Position numbers and translations under genes: made by a program. The notes beneath the pieces are model-generated. The model made no database searches. It saw only the letters and a list, made by a program, of their open reading frames with translations, and had not been told where the DNA came from. Positions 1-12,549 of a stretch of 64,000 bases of DNA are shown here, one piece after another (positions within the stretch are counted from its first letter, which is position 1; each line of letters starts with the position of its first letter). The DNA is from Selaginella moellendorffii (lineage: Eukaryota; Plantae; Lycopodiophyta): NCBI RefSeq assembly GCF_000143415.4, contig NW_003314306.1, forward strand, positions 652,897 through 716,896. The letters are read 5' to 3'.

Positions 1-241
1 TGGACGAGTCATGGAACACGAAGCCTCTTCTGGATGGAAAGGAAATAATGGCGGAGTTCCAGCTCAAGGGAGGCCCTGCCGTGAAGGACCTGGTAAGTGG
101 ATAGATTATTATGGTTTCCACTCATCTCTTCGACCAATGCAGAAGGACTTGTCAATCCAGTGGCAGCTCGCACACCCGACTGGAACAGCGGGAGAGTGTA
201 GAGAGTGGCTCAAACTAGAACACGCGAAGGGAAACAAGTAA
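1..241 (+). CDS. CCA tRNA nucleotidyltransferase, last two exons (partial)
   Basis: Splicing intron 93-142 (GT..AG) gives DESWNTKPLLDGKEIMAEFQLKGGPAVKDL/KDLSIQWQLAHPTGTAGECREWL*, matching the C-terminus of plant CCA-adding enzymes (KPL.GKEIM...WQLAHP.GT.EEC). Confidence 0.8.
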   Translation, partial: GRVMEHEASSGWKGNNGGVPAQGRPCREGPGKWIDYYGFHSSLRPMQKDLSIQWQLAHPTGTAGECREWLKLEHAKGNK

Positions 242-358
242 TCTGCGCGATTCACCATCCAAGTGAGTGAAATTTTTTCCCAGTTTCGTGCTCAAGTTCT
301 TTCCATTTCCCAGATTTTTGCAAAGAATACAACCATTGCTAGCTACCAAAGATTTAAA

Positions 359-1393
359 TCAAGCCAGCGTCTCGTGAATAAACTGCGCGATATCACTCAA
401 GCACTGGCGCGACGATTTGAGGCGATAGAAGATGTGGAAGACATGAACTCCACGCTTATACAAGAGAACCTTGACCTTCTTCCCGGCGGCGGCCATCCCT
501 TGCGCGTAGCTCATCTGTGCGTCCTTGAGGAGATCATACTCGCCAACCAAAACCAAGCTTGGCGGGAGAGAAAGCGCCGTAATGTCCATCGATCGTGGGC
601 CGAACACGTTGCAAATCGGGTGGTCGCGATCTTCCCCGTCGGGAAGATAGGCCCGCCAATACCAGTCGGTCATCTCCAGGTTGATTATGGGCCCATTCCG
701 GAGGAGAATCTCCGAGGGGCTCCTCTCTTGGCTGCCAAAGAAGGGCTGGATGAGAATGCTACCTCTCACGCGCAGTGGATCCAGTAGGGCTTGCTCCTCG
801 GCGATGGCGGCGCGGCACGCGACGAAGTGGGCGATGTTGCCGCCGGCCGAATCGCCGCTGAGGAAGCAGCGCGAGAGATCGGCCGAGGCTGGGAGGGCGT
901 CCCTGGCTTCCTTGGATCGCAGCCATTTGAGGAAGTGGAAGCAAGAATCGTGCACGGCGGGGTAGCGATGCTCGGGCGCCAGCGGGTAATTCACCGAGAC
1001 GACGATGCAGCGCGCGATCTTGGCGAGGCGGCGGCAGAAGATGTCGTAGAGGAGGAAATCCGGGCGGAGGACCGCGAATCCGCCGCCGTGGTAGTAGATC
1101 ACGACGGGCAGCGACGCGGAGGAGCTAGGGCTCTTGGCGGCGTCGTCGGGGATGAAGAGCCTGGCCCAGCAAGAATCGCCCAGCGATGGCGCCGCGATGT
1201 CCCTGGTGGAGACGCCGTAGATGGGGATGGAGAGGGCGGGGAAGCGAATCTCCTCGATGCTGCCCAGCCAGCGGCGGATGGTGTAGTCGCTCCGGCGGAT
1301 GAGCGCGTTGGCAGTCTTGATGAGGCCGGAGAGCAGGCGAAGCGAGAGCGGCAGGCGCGCGCCACCGCCGCCATCGCAGAGCGGCGCCGCCAT
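359..1393 (-). CDS. Carboxylesterase (CXE, HSL/GID1-related alpha/beta hydrolase)
   Basis: Intronless; HGGGF oxyanion motif, GDSAGG nucleophile, EYDLLKD acid and GVHVF His, so the catalytic triad is complete. Confidence 0.92.
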   Translation of the reverse strand: MAAPLCDGGGGARLPLSLRLLSGLIKTANALIRRSDYTIRRWLGSIEEIRFPALSIPIYGVSTRDIAAPSLGDSCWARLFIPDDAAKSPSSSASLPVVIYYHGGGFAVLRPDFLLYDIFCRRLAKIARCIVVSVNYPLAPEHRYPAVHDSCFHFLKWLRSKEARDALPASADLSRCFLSGDSAGGNIAHFVACRAAIAEEQALLDPLRVRGSILIQPFFGSQERSPSEILLRNGPIINLEMTDWYWRAYLPDGEDRDHPICNVFGPRSMDITALSLPPSLVLVGEYDLLKDAQMSYAQGMAAAGKKVKVLLYKRGVHVFHIFYRLKSSRQCLSDIAQFIHETLA

Positions 1394-1507
1394 AGCCAAG
1401 AGCTTCCAAGAGCTTCCAAAACTCGCGAGTCACGAACAAGGAAAAGGCCAAGAAGTAATGGACCTGGGCGGGATCATGGCAGTCGATTATTGCAAATTTT
1501 CGGCCAC

Positions 1508-3286
1508 TTATCCGCGAGACTTGCCCGAAATGGAGATTAATTTTTCGCGTGTTCTTCGCTGGGGATTCTTCCATTCTCGCGGTGTTCTTTGCGAGTGTTC
1601 TTCGCGGGGGATTCTTTGCGAGTATACGTTCGCGACCAAGACGTAGGCGCGGGGGTCTCGCCCAAGAACGCGATTTGCCGCCGCGACAACGCTGCCAAGA
1701 TCGTCCTGGCTCCGGCACGCCGCCAGAAAGCACGACCACTCCCACAGATCGGGCGCAAAGGGCATTGCTTTGATGAGATCCCTGGCGCTGGCCAGATGCC
1801 CCGCGCGGCAGAGGAGATCCACGACGCAGCAGTAGTGCTGCTTGGTGGGCGTGATCGCGAAATCGGTGGCGATGGAGCGGAATCGCGCGCCGCCCACCTC
1901 GGGATCGCCCAGATGCCCGCAAGCGATGAGCAGCGATGCGAGCGAGGTCTCGTCCGGGGGGAGGGATTCGAGGTTTAGATCGAAGAAGAGGGCGAGGACG
2001 TGATCGCTGTGGTGCCCGGTTTGGGCGTAGGCCGCGAGCATCGTCCCCCAGGAAGCGATGCTTCTCTCCGGCATTTGCGAGAAGAGATCTCGCGCTTGGT
2101 GCAAATGCCCTCTCTGAGCGAATGCGAGGAGGAGCTCGTTCCAGGAGATGAGATCTCTCTCCGGGATCGAGTCGAAGATCTTGGTGGCCGCCGGGAGATC
2201 GCAGGCGCGCGCGTAGGCGAGGAGGAGGGAGTTCCAGGCAATGGTGTCTCGCTCCGGCGCGGTGTCGAAGAATCTCTGGCATAGATCGGTGTCTCCGGCT
2301 CTGGCAAATCCCGCCAGGAGCGAGCTCCAGGAGATGAGATCCTTCTCCGGCAGGCGATCGAACAGGCACTTTGCTTCCTCGATCTGGCCGGATTGGGCGT
2401 GCGCGGCGATCATCGCGTTCCACGAGACGAGGCTCGAGAAGGGCATCGCGGCGAAGGTCTCGATCGATTTGGGCGTGTTTCCGGCGCTGGCGTAGGCGCA
2501 GAGCATCGCGTTCCAGGCGACGAGGTCGCGCTCGCGCATCACCGAGTGGAAGATCTCCTCGGCTCTGGCGATTTGGCCGCTGTGGGCGTAGCGCGCGAGC
2601 ATCGCCGTCCAGGAGACGGTGTTGTGGATCGGCATTGCGTCGAAGATCTCTCTCGCAGCGTCGGGATTGGGAGAAGCTCCCAGGATCAGGGAGGAAGATA
2701 CAACATCGTGTTGCGGCATTTGCGAGTAGAGTTCTTGAGCTTTCCCAAAATGCCCGCTTTGGGCATATGCATGGAGCATCACAGTCCAGGAGACGAGATT
2801 CACGAGCGGCATTGTATTGAAAATCTGTTTGACTTGCGTAGATCTCTCCTTTTGCGCGTAGAGATTCAGGATCGTGGTCCATGAAATGAGATCTTTGCCT
2901 GGCATTCGAGCGAAGAACTCATTGGTTTGCAGAAAATGCCCTGTTTGGGCATGTGCTGCAAGCATCGAGTTTAGCGCCACCATGTTCCACTCGGGCATCC
3001 CGTCGAAGATCGTCTTGGCCTCGGCGAAGAGCGCATTGCGAGCGTAGCACGAGATCATCAGCGCCCACGAGAAGCAATCCCGGTCTCGCGGATCGATTCG
3101 TGCGAAGACCGCCGCGGCATCGAGCGGGCTGCCGTGGCTGGCGTAGGCCTGGATGAGCTTGTTGAGGACGAAGAGATCCGGGCGATGGATCCGAGCGTGG
3201 ATTGCTCGCAGCTCCGCGAGGCTGGCGCTGGCAGCGATGGCGCGCACGCATTGGGATCGTTGCTGGAGCGTAGAGGGCGCATTCAT
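1508..3286 (-). CDS. PLS-class PPR protein (array of 31-aa SS-like motifs, E-like C-terminus, no DYW)
   Basis: Repeated 'FDxMPERDLVSWNAM..AYAQ.G' motifs, then HYCCVVDLLCRAG and MPFAPD. Confidence 0.92.
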   Translation of the reverse strand: MNAPSTLQQRSQCVRAIAASASLAELRAIHARIHRPDLFVLNKLIQAYASHGSPLDAAAVFARIDPRDRDCFSWALMISCYARNALFAEAKTIFDGMPEWNMVALNSMLAAHAQTGHFLQTNEFFARMPGKDLISWTTILNLYAQKERSTQVKQIFNTMPLVNLVSWTVMLHAYAQSGHFGKAQELYSQMPQHDVVSSSLILGASPNPDAAREIFDAMPIHNTVSWTAMLARYAHSGQIARAEEIFHSVMRERDLVAWNAMLCAYASAGNTPKSIETFAAMPFSSLVSWNAMIAAHAQSGQIEEAKCLFDRLPEKDLISWSSLLAGFARAGDTDLCQRFFDTAPERDTIAWNSLLLAYARACDLPAATKIFDSIPERDLISWNELLLAFAQRGHLHQARDLFSQMPERSIASWGTMLAAYAQTGHHSDHVLALFFDLNLESLPPDETSLASLLIACGHLGDPEVGGARFRSIATDFAITPTKQHYCCVVDLLCRAGHLASARDLIKAMPFAPDLWEWSCFLAACRSQDDLGSVVAAANRVLGRDPRAYVLVANVYSQRIPREEHSQRTPREWKNPQRRTREKLISISGKSRG

Positions 3287-3468
3287 AGAAAATCAAGCTT
3301 AATCGTCGCTAGATCTGGCCGAGAAGCGCGAGATCCTCGTGTGGATTCGCTAGTCCCAATCACCAGTATAGTAGCTCTAGACTAAAGGCACTGCGTTTGT
3401 CTTCTTCATCGTTGTCAACTATCCTCGTTCTATTGCTGTGCTAGGTCTTTTATTTCGTTGTGGGAGAC

Positions 3469-6400
3469 ATGGCGCTCGACGACGGTCTCCCCTCGCGCAA
3501 GGAGCTCCGATTCGCTGTCAATGGCAAGCTCGTCGTCGTCCGGGACGCTGATCCGCGCGCCAGCCTCGGGGATTTCCTCCGCGATAATCTGCTGCTGCGA
3601 GGTTTGAAGATGCCGTGCCGGCAAGGGGGATGCGGCGCTTGCACCGTCGTGATTTCCTCGCCTAGATCGAGCGATGGGGTGCTGCTGCGGCACAGGCCGG
3701 TAAATTCGTGCCTCCGGACGCTCTGCTCGGTGGATGGGATGCTCGTCACGACTGTGGAGGGGATTGGGAGCTGCAAGGGTGGATTGCATCGCGTCCAGCA
3801 AGCGCTTGTCAAGCACAATGGCTCGCAGTGTGGATTTTGCACGCCTGGCTGGGTAAGCGACCACTCTACTAGTGACGTATGATTATCTTGGATTTTTCTC
3901 TCTTGTTCATCACAGGTGATGAATATGTATGGCTTGCTGCTTGAAACTCCAAATCCTCTGCCGCAGCAAGTGGAAGATCAGCTAGATGGAAATCTTTGCA
4001 GGTAAGGTGTTGTTCCTCCATTTTCCAAGATAGTTTCTTACGTGGGTTTTGTGTGAAGGTGTACTGGATATCGTCCCATTTTGGATGCTTTCCAGTCTCT
4101 CGCGTGTTCTTCCCGAGATGGATGCAGTGCAGGAGACATCGAAGAAGTACCAACGTGTAAGAACTTGGCTTCGCTTCGCCAAGACGACGAGCTCGAGATC
4201 AGCAAGGGTGGAGTGACGTGGTTCCGAGTCTCGTCCTTGACATCGCTGTACAAGGTTCTCAGGAACAATGCCGTTGGCGGCGTGCAGCTCGTTTGTGGGA
4301 ACACGTCGAGTGGAGTTTATCCTCGACAGTTCAAGAGCGTTGTTGTGGACATCAGCTGCATTGACGAGATGCGGCGTGTTAGTATCGACAGTCGTGGCAT
4401 CCGGCTCGGTGGCGCAGCTTCATTGAGCGATATGGAAGCAGTGCTGAATTCGAAGAAAGAAGTTTCTTCGAGCTATCGGTCGCTCTTGCAACACGTGAAA
4501 CGGGTATGTTTCTTTCGATCATCTCTTTCCTCGTTCTAACCAAAGGTATGTTGTGGCACAGATCGCTACACATCAAGTTCGAAACATGGGAACTGTTGCT
4601 GGAAATCTCATGATGACGTATCAAAATCTGGGCTTCGTATCGGACGTAGCAGTCCTACTTTTTGCCGCTGAAGCAATTTTGACGATCGCTCTCTCCGATG
4701 CAGTTCGGAAAGATTTGACCATCGAAGACTTTTTCAAGCTCCCGAGCGTGGACGAGATTGTCATTGTGGAAATTTTTCTTCCTTTGCTACCAGAGAGTGT
4801 ACGATTTCTCACCTATAAAGTTGCTCTCCGGCGAGTGAACTCTCATGCTCTACTGAACGCTGCATTCAGGTTCGACGTTAACAGTAGCAAAGGTAGGCAA
4901 TTGTTTACTCCTATACTTCATACATCCCAACCATGGCTCCTGTCTCAGGCTTGATTCAAAGTGCTCCAGTCATTGTTTACGGAGGAGTTGGTCATTTCCC
5001 TGTCCGAGCTAAAAATGCAGAAGCTTTTCTGTGGGGAAAATCTTTCACGGATCCCCAGGTACTCCTCTGCTTTCTTCTATCTTTTCAGATTCGATTCTGT
5101 CCACAGGTTTGCGACAGTGCTCTCGAAATACTCCAGAAAGAGATTGTTATGGATCCTTCCTACGGAAACACAAGTTATCGCACATCTTTAGTGGCAGCAT
5201 ATTTCTACAAAGCGATATTGTCTTTGTGGCCTAAGGATCGCGTTCCCAGCACGTTGCAGTCGTCAATCTCAGAGGTTTCGGATGAAATGTCTATACCTTG
5301 CTGATTTATTCACGTCCTTAATTTTAAATATGCAGTTCTCCTGGCCAATTACGTCTGGAACAAAAAGCTTTGATAAGGTACACATGCTGGTCTTGTTAGC
5401 TTGTGCGTGATCTCGTGTTTGGATTTTAAATGACAGGGCGACCCCTCACAATATCCTGTCTCCAAACCTCTGCCTAAGTTATCTGCAATGTCACAGGTAT
5501 TTTGCTCCAAAGGTTTTTTTGTTGTAATCCTTGTGCAATCCAGGCTTCAGGAGAACTGAAATATGTGAATGATTTCAACTTTGGGAACGAATTATATGCA
5601 ACATATGTAATTTCTACGGTTGGAAATGCAAAAATAAAAGGCATAGATCCTGCGAGAGCACTCGCAGAAAACGGAGTGGTAACATTTATCTCAGCTGCAA
5701 CTTTAGCGGGTGCTGGATACAACAACAAAGTGAAGTAAGTTCAGCTTTACGATTTCTCATGCTTTACGGAAGAGTCATGGTACAGTGAATTTGAAGAAGT
5801 GTTTGCTGCAAGCGACATTCTTTACTGTGGCCAAGCAGTGGGACTTGTTGTTGCGAAGTCGAAGGTGCCTTTCTTACTTCTTTTTTTTATCTAACAAAAA
5901 ATTACCAGAGAGTGGCGGATTATGCTGCGACATTAGTTGACGTGCAGTATATGGATATCAAGAAACCAATTATTACAATAGAAGATGCTGTTTCTGCGAA
6001 TTCTTTCTTTCATAACAAGGACAGAGAACTTGAATTTCAACAAGGTACACACACCACTTTTAAGTCGACTTACCTCTTTTGAATCATTCACAGGATCCGT
6101 TACGGAGGCATTTAGTGATTCGGAGGCAATTCTAATAGAGGGCCAGGTATTTGAGGATTGAGAAACTTGTCTGTGCCAAACTAAACGCATTACAACAGGT
6201 CAGCGTTGGCAATCAGTACCATTTCCATTTGGAGACCCAACAAGCAGTATGCGTTCCGTCAGAGGATGGTTTCATTGAAGTGTACTCGTCCACTCAAAAT
6301 CCCTCGAAGGTATGTGATGCCATGATGCATTCTTATAACAAAATCAATTTGGAAGGTCCAAAGCTGCGTCAGTGCTGGACTCAATCGACCTCAACACAAA

Positions 6401-8760
6401 ATTACGGTAAGTTTAACTTGTCTCCCTCTATTTCTTGTGAACTAGGTTTTTTTCTCAGGTATCTGTCAAGAGAATTGGAGGAGCATATGGGGCGAAAATC
6501 AACCGGTCATCGTTAATTGCAATGGCTTGTGCGTTTGCGGCAGACTTGCTCAAGAGGCCCGTACGACTTGTTCTGGATCTTAGCACCAACATGCAGGTTG
6601 ACATTTTCAATTTACTAGTTTCTCCACTTAAAAATGCCACAGCTTGTAGGTGGTCGCAGTCCTTACTTTTGCAAATACAAGATCTCTGCAAGAAAAACTG
6701 GTCAAATCACTGGCGTGAAAATGGATATTATCAACAATCATGTGAGCTCTCAAAACTTGTCTCTATTTGTTTGATGTTTCAACCTGAACAGGGAGCTCAC
6801 TTCGATTTTGGGTATCCAACTGGTTCCACGCTACCAAATTTTATAGATGGCGCTTACAAAATTCCGAACTGGGATCTGAAGACGAAAATTGCACGGACAA
6901 ATACACCAGCTTGCACATATATGCGTGGCCCAGGTTTGCAAAAAAGTATTTTATTTTTTCTGAGATCCTTTTGCAGTTTTCGTTGAGACCACCACTATGA
7001 TTGAAACGGCATTAGATCATGTTGCATTTACTCTACGCCTTGCTCGTGATCAAGTTCGCGAAATTAACATGTACGAGAAAGGCGACGTTTCTTTGAACGG
7101 GCAACGGCTTAACTATTGCAATGCAAAGTTAGTGTTTGACGCTATCAAGGTAAATGTTTCACTTTTTAATATTCTTTTTCTGGTGCATTACCTCTCGAGC
7201 TTTTAGGAGTCAAGTAACTATTTAATCCGTTCGAAGCAAGTGGACGAATATAATTCGAGCAACCTTTGGAGGAAGCGTGGAATATCAATTGTCCCTGTGA
7301 AGTTCATCGCAGAGTGGCATGGCGCCCAGCATCTTGCTCTAATCAATGTGCATCCGGATGGAAGCATCAGCATCCATCACTCTGGATGCGAGATGGGACA
7401 GGGCCTTGACGTGAAGGTTGCTCAGGTGTGTAACGTGTCGCTGTTTTGCTTTGTTTATCTCGTATGCTGGTTGGATTCTTTTCAGGTAGCAGCTATGACC
7501 CTTGGATCTCTGCAAGTAGATGTCTCAATGGAAGATATTGCTGTGCACACAACTACAACCACCGTCGCCAACAACGTCGCGGAAAGTGGTGGCTCCGTAG
7601 CTTCAGAGTTATGCGCAAAGGCCGTGCATGTAAGCTTTAAGAATTCACAGATCTGGATTTGTACTCACATATTCTCGCAGGATGGATGCACTCAACTCGT
7701 GGAACGTCTTCGTGCAGTGAAGACCATGTTGGTCTCGGGATCAAAGAGTTGCTCCTGGAAGGATCTCATCAGCGCTGCTGTGAGCTCTGGAGTTGACCTT
7801 CAAGCCCGCGGCCGCGTGTATCCCGCTGCCGCTGAAGACGGTCCTTCCCAGTAAGTGTTCCTTTTACTTCCCGAGTTTTGTGCTCTTACACACTTCCAAA
7901 CAGATACACGTCGTTCGGAGCCGGCGTCACAGAAGTGGAAGTTGACATTCTGACGGGTCTGTATTTTGTGTATTTTGGTTAGTGGTGAGGTTATCGACTC
8001 ATCACAAATTTGTCATTTTCTTCTTTTTTTTTCTCGTCCCGTTTCAGGAGAAACATTCGTGATCCGTGCGGATGTCTTACTCGATTGCGGGAAAAGCTTG
8101 AATCCGGCCGTTGACATTGGCCAAGTAAGACTTCTACAGCGCTAGCACTGGAATTAACAAGTAGCTTCCACAGGTTCAAGGCGCTTTTATTCAAGGACTC
8201 GGCTACTTCCTTACAGAAGAATTCCACTATGATCCTTCCACGGGCAAGGTAATCATTAGTTTCCACTGTTTTCCTCGTTTCTTATTCTTAGTTCTTGAAT
8301 TATTTTTTTCCAGCTTCTAACTGATGGAACTTGGGAGTATAAGCCACCATTTGCCAGGGACATTCCATACGAATTCAACACCGCTCTCCTCCCTAACAGT
8401 GAAAATCCTTCCGGCTTCCTTCGCTCAAAGGTACAAAACATTGTCAAACTCACTTGTTGCTAACTTGGAAGTGTCTCTAGTTCTCTGGAGAACCTCCTTA
8501 TGGCACGGCTTGCAGGCAAGTTTCTCACAATCTTCAAAGAGAAAACTTTTGAGTTTGAGCTGACAAAGTCTTTGCAAATTGCTGTTTGCAGTGCCTTGCT
8601 AGCAGTGTCCCAAGCTCTGGCAGCCGCAAGATCGCAGTGGAATGGCGGCAATGGATGGTCTCCTCTCAGCTCTCCAGCAACGCCACAAAACGTAGCCCTC
8701 GCGGCCGAGTTTCCACTCTCGTCAGTGAGCTTTCGAGAGCTGTTTTCAATGAATAAATGA
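3469..8760 (+). CDS. Molybdo-flavoenzyme (aldehyde oxidase / xanthine dehydrogenase family), multi-exon
   Basis: 2Fe-2S motifs CRQGGCGAC and QCGFCTPG..GNLCRCTGY; FAD domain IATHQVRNMGTVAGN; Moco domain HFHLETQ, GCEMGQGL, DCGKSLNPAVDIGQ and GEPP. Many ~50-90 nt introns, one of them GC-AG near 8516. Confidence 0.92.
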
Positions 8761-9172
8761 AGAACCCTAAAAACAGGGGAAGGCTTTTGTTTTAGGGTTT
8801 ATGCTTGAGGGAGAAGAATGCTCGCGGCGATTCCATCCAGCCAGGATCGTCAATCCAGGTGAAAATGCAGCGTGTCGCGGCGCTAGCGCCGTGCCGCGCT
8901 CGCAATTATCAATCAAAGAGCGCGCGAGTCGCGACATTCTTCTTCTGGGAGTCGCGATCCACAGGTATCTATGCAAGTGGTAGTAAGATATTTATATGAT
9001 TGGAAGGTATACATTATAGGGACGAGAGGATAGATTTCTCACATCTATTCGCAAGCTCCCCGTGTTAAACACACTCTCGGGAGAAAAACAAAGGGGCAGG
9101 GAAAGAAAATATCAGCGCAACTTTACTATAGTACATAGCAGGAAAATGGCCGGGTCGACTCTCACACGTCGA

Positions 9173-10153
9173 TCACTGTGCCTTGACTCGCTGTTGCAGT
9201 AGATACTTCTCAACGTACAGCTTCCTGGAAAACAAAGAAGCGGTTTGGAAGATCTGTTCGGCTAGATTTTGTGCAAGTTTGGGTTACCTGGCTGCACTGT
9301 CGTCTGATCGCTGGTGCTGTGTTCTTACAGGATTTTCCGTGAACAGCAGCAGTGCCTGGAGAGAAGAAGAAGAACGAGAACGAGAAACGATCAGCCGTAA
9401 GAACTTTGAAATCGTTGGGTGTTTGGAGGCCTACCTTGATGTAATCGTTTGTGTCCAGAGTGAACCTGTGGTACATGCCGGGAGGGAGAACAACGAGGTC
9501 GCCTTTCTGGACGTAAAAGCGGATCCATTTGTCGTCGTAATCTCTGATATCCCAGTATCCTGCAAAAACAAGAGTTATTGAGTTTCGCTGAGCTCTCTGT
9601 GCTTTTCCAGAGCTTTGTACCGCTGCCATCGAGAATGAGACGGCTCTCCTCCTGGGAGTGCATGTGTTCCTTGAAGAAACCTTTCACTCTGGCGTCGAAG
9701 TCGACCATCGCTTCTCGAGAAACCGTTATGACTTCCTGCAACGAGATTGTCAAACATTGATGGATCGAAAGGAAAAAGCAAGTAGAGAACGATGGCGGCG
9801 TGGCTACGTACGGAGTATTTGTAGCCGCGGTCGCTCCTTATGTTCTTCAGCTCGGTGTCGGACTCCCAATTATCAACATCTAGCTTCCAGGTGAGAATTC
9901 CCAGGCCTGTGAAGAACCAGAAAATTTTTAACGCGTTAGCTTCTCTCCTTTGCAGATATGCTACTTTCAAGACTACCATGCACATGAGAGAGAGGGATGG
10001 CGCGGTTTGGATGATACTTGTGAGCAAGCTTTTCGTTTTCGTCGGTGCTGTTGTACTCCCAGGCTTGAATCTCCGACTAAACAATCCCCCAGACAAGAGT
10101 CAGCTGCAATTCGAAGGTAGAAAAACACAAGAGCTTACTTTCGATGCTTCCAT
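9173..10153 (-). CDS. ARD: Acireductone dioxygenase (ARD), multi-exon
   Basis: [26 protein letters not shown]...[12 protein letters not shown] cupin metal motifs across exons. Confidence 0.9.
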
Positions 10154-12549
10154 TCTGGCTTCTGTGCAGAAGAGAAGAGCAGGAGAGGAAATATATTTTG
10201 AAGATCGTGGAGGGGAAGCAGCAGATCGAGACAAAGGTGGAGTGACAAGTCGGAGGAGCTTAAACAGTGGTGCGGCCTAGTTGACTTGCTCGAGGTGGGA
10301 CTTTTTCTTCCTCGCCGCTCACATTGTGTCTTCTTTTATAGATGGCTTTAACCCTCGGCCAGGAACACAAGAAAAGCTCAAGAGGAAGGGGAAGACCGGT
10401 GACTGGTCCAGTGAGGGCCCCAAGGACGAGCATAAGATAACACTTCGCACCAGTGCTGCTATGACTAGTGCTAGCCGCAATGCTGGGATTTAAATGCGGG
10501 AACGAGCAAAGCACAGTAGCTACCAGCAGCAGCAGCAGAAAGAGAAAGAAAAGCAACATCTATGGTCCGGTCGCGAGCAGGAGTAGTTTGCTCTTCGCTG
10601 ATTCCGAGGAAAGTTATGGAAACAGGAATGGAAGTGATGGAGACGGACGGAAAGAAGACGGGAAAAAAGTAAAAACAAAACGAAGCAGAGTGGAGGTGAC
10701 TTTAAAACTCGCGACGAAACGAAGAAGGCTGAAGAGAGGAAAGCAAAACCGACATGCAAGCTTAAGTTTCGACGTAGAAAAGGGAAGTAGTGGCTGCTGC
10801 CGGTGCCGGTGCTGCTTCACGTCAAGCAACTGATATAACGGAAAAACGAACAGAATTGGAGCAAATGGCTGGAAGAAAACAAAGAGCTGGAAATGGAGGC
10901 AGGTTGGAGCGAGACGGTGCGAGCGAGTAGCATGGCGTCACGTGGGTGGATTCAATGGCCTCGCTGCATGCACATTAAATGCTCGCCAACACGCTGCTGC
11001 TGCTGCAACTTGGATCGATCGGCTGTTTGGTGGTGCGAGCGAGCTTTCCTTCTCGGACATGCTACAAACCATCAGGTACAAAGATCGCTTCTGCTTCTGC
11101 TTTTCATGTCATGCATTGATTCTCGGACGGTTGAGGCTTTTGCCCGTGGTCTTTTTGTGTTCTTTTATTGGCTTGAACGCTTCATTTAAGTATCGTGCCT
11201 GCGTTTCTTTACTCTTTCCCCTGGCATGTTTTTGTACCATGATGGCTTCTCATTGCTTGCATTTGCAGGACAAGGGAGAGCTTCTTTTTCCCAGAGGGAG
11301 ACTACTATAGCACTATCAATTCAAGTAAAACGGTACTTGGTCTCCTGAGTAGCCGGAGTTGAGTGCTGATTTCGATGTGGTCCTTTTCCAGGAGCCGTCG
11401 CAAAACGTCGCAGGATCTAGCGGGGTACTGGGAGTCGGCTGCCAGTTTCTACGATGCCACGCGATGTGATTGTACGAGAATCACGCTGGACAAGATCTGC
11501 GCGAACGAAAAGAGCAGGCGATTGATTTTCCAAGCCTGAAACTCCGAGAGAAACAGCATGAGAAAGTCTATGTTTGTCCCCCATGTGAGATTAGCATGTG
11601 GAACCGAGCGCTCACATGTTTGTGCTCGGCTTTCTATGCCGGTTATATTCTTTGGATCGGCATTGGGTGGCACGTATACGAGCGACGATTCGGCTTACGT
11701 ACGGATCTGGTGCTTAAGTACACGAAACTAAGGAAAGATTCTACGACGGAGTCGAAGTTTACCTCGAAAGTATATGGCACGGCTTGCCAAAATAGCTATT
11801 TGCATGGCTTAAACCCCTGGAACTCCTACAAAACGCTCGCGTGAATTAAAGCCTCGCCAACACGAACTCGAAAGGGTTGATATTATAGACTCTTTGTGAT
11901 TCGAGGGGAACTTATCATCACACCACCTATAGAGCATGCTTTTTTCTAGTTCTAGATTATATGAGCCAAATTCTGGTTTGGTTTTCGGGAAAAGCTTTGA
12001 TGTTTTTCGTGATACTTGCAATAAATATCTAGATATGTGCATGTATTAAAATTGAATGAAGTCATGTTGTGAGGAGTCATAGTTCAATAGTTTAGGAATT
12101 GTTTGGATTTAGTGGAAAGTCAGAAGCTACATGAAACTACCGACCATGGGCACCAGGATGAGGTTTCTTACAGTGTGATTGAGATGGGGTGTTTGGAAGA
12201 AAGGAAATGCAGGAGTTGAAGTGGCAGTTACCTGCATGATGTTTCAAGTATGGTGGTGTCAAGTCTTCCTAGAAGACTTGACAAACTGAAAGGGAAAAAG
12301 ATCATGGCAAGCAGCAGATGACTTTATTGTTTGCTGGGCCTGCAATCAAGTCTTCTAGGAATGAACTCACATGCAAGTTCAAGTCAAGAAGATTTTCTCT
12401 CTTTTTTTTTTGGTTTTCTTTTCTCTTCTATAAAAATAGTAGGATTCTAACATGAAGCCTCAGAGAAACAGCAGAGGAAGTGTGTGTGTGCCACGATCCT
12501 TCCTAAAAGTAGTTGTTTATCTTTCAGTAAAAGAATGTTGATGTTTATC

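Noticed and set aside
359-1393. GID1 gibberellin receptor
   Set aside because: It retains the catalytic His (GVHVF) and lacks the GID1 N-terminal lid motifs, so it is an ordinary CXE.
1545-1622. Short spaced repeats (gtgttcttcgc / gggattctt) resembling an array
   Set aside because: Two or three degenerate units at a PPR 3' end in a eukaryote; a local duplication, not CRISPR.
1125-2882. Long overlapping/antisense ORFs (also 20226-21446, 43753-45240, 35732-36577)
   Set aside because: Shadow frames of GC-rich coding sequence with no recognisable motifs.
10340-11850. Possible gene(s) between ARD and PI-PLC X
   Set aside because: Low-complexity short ORFs with no family I can recognise and no consistent splice model.
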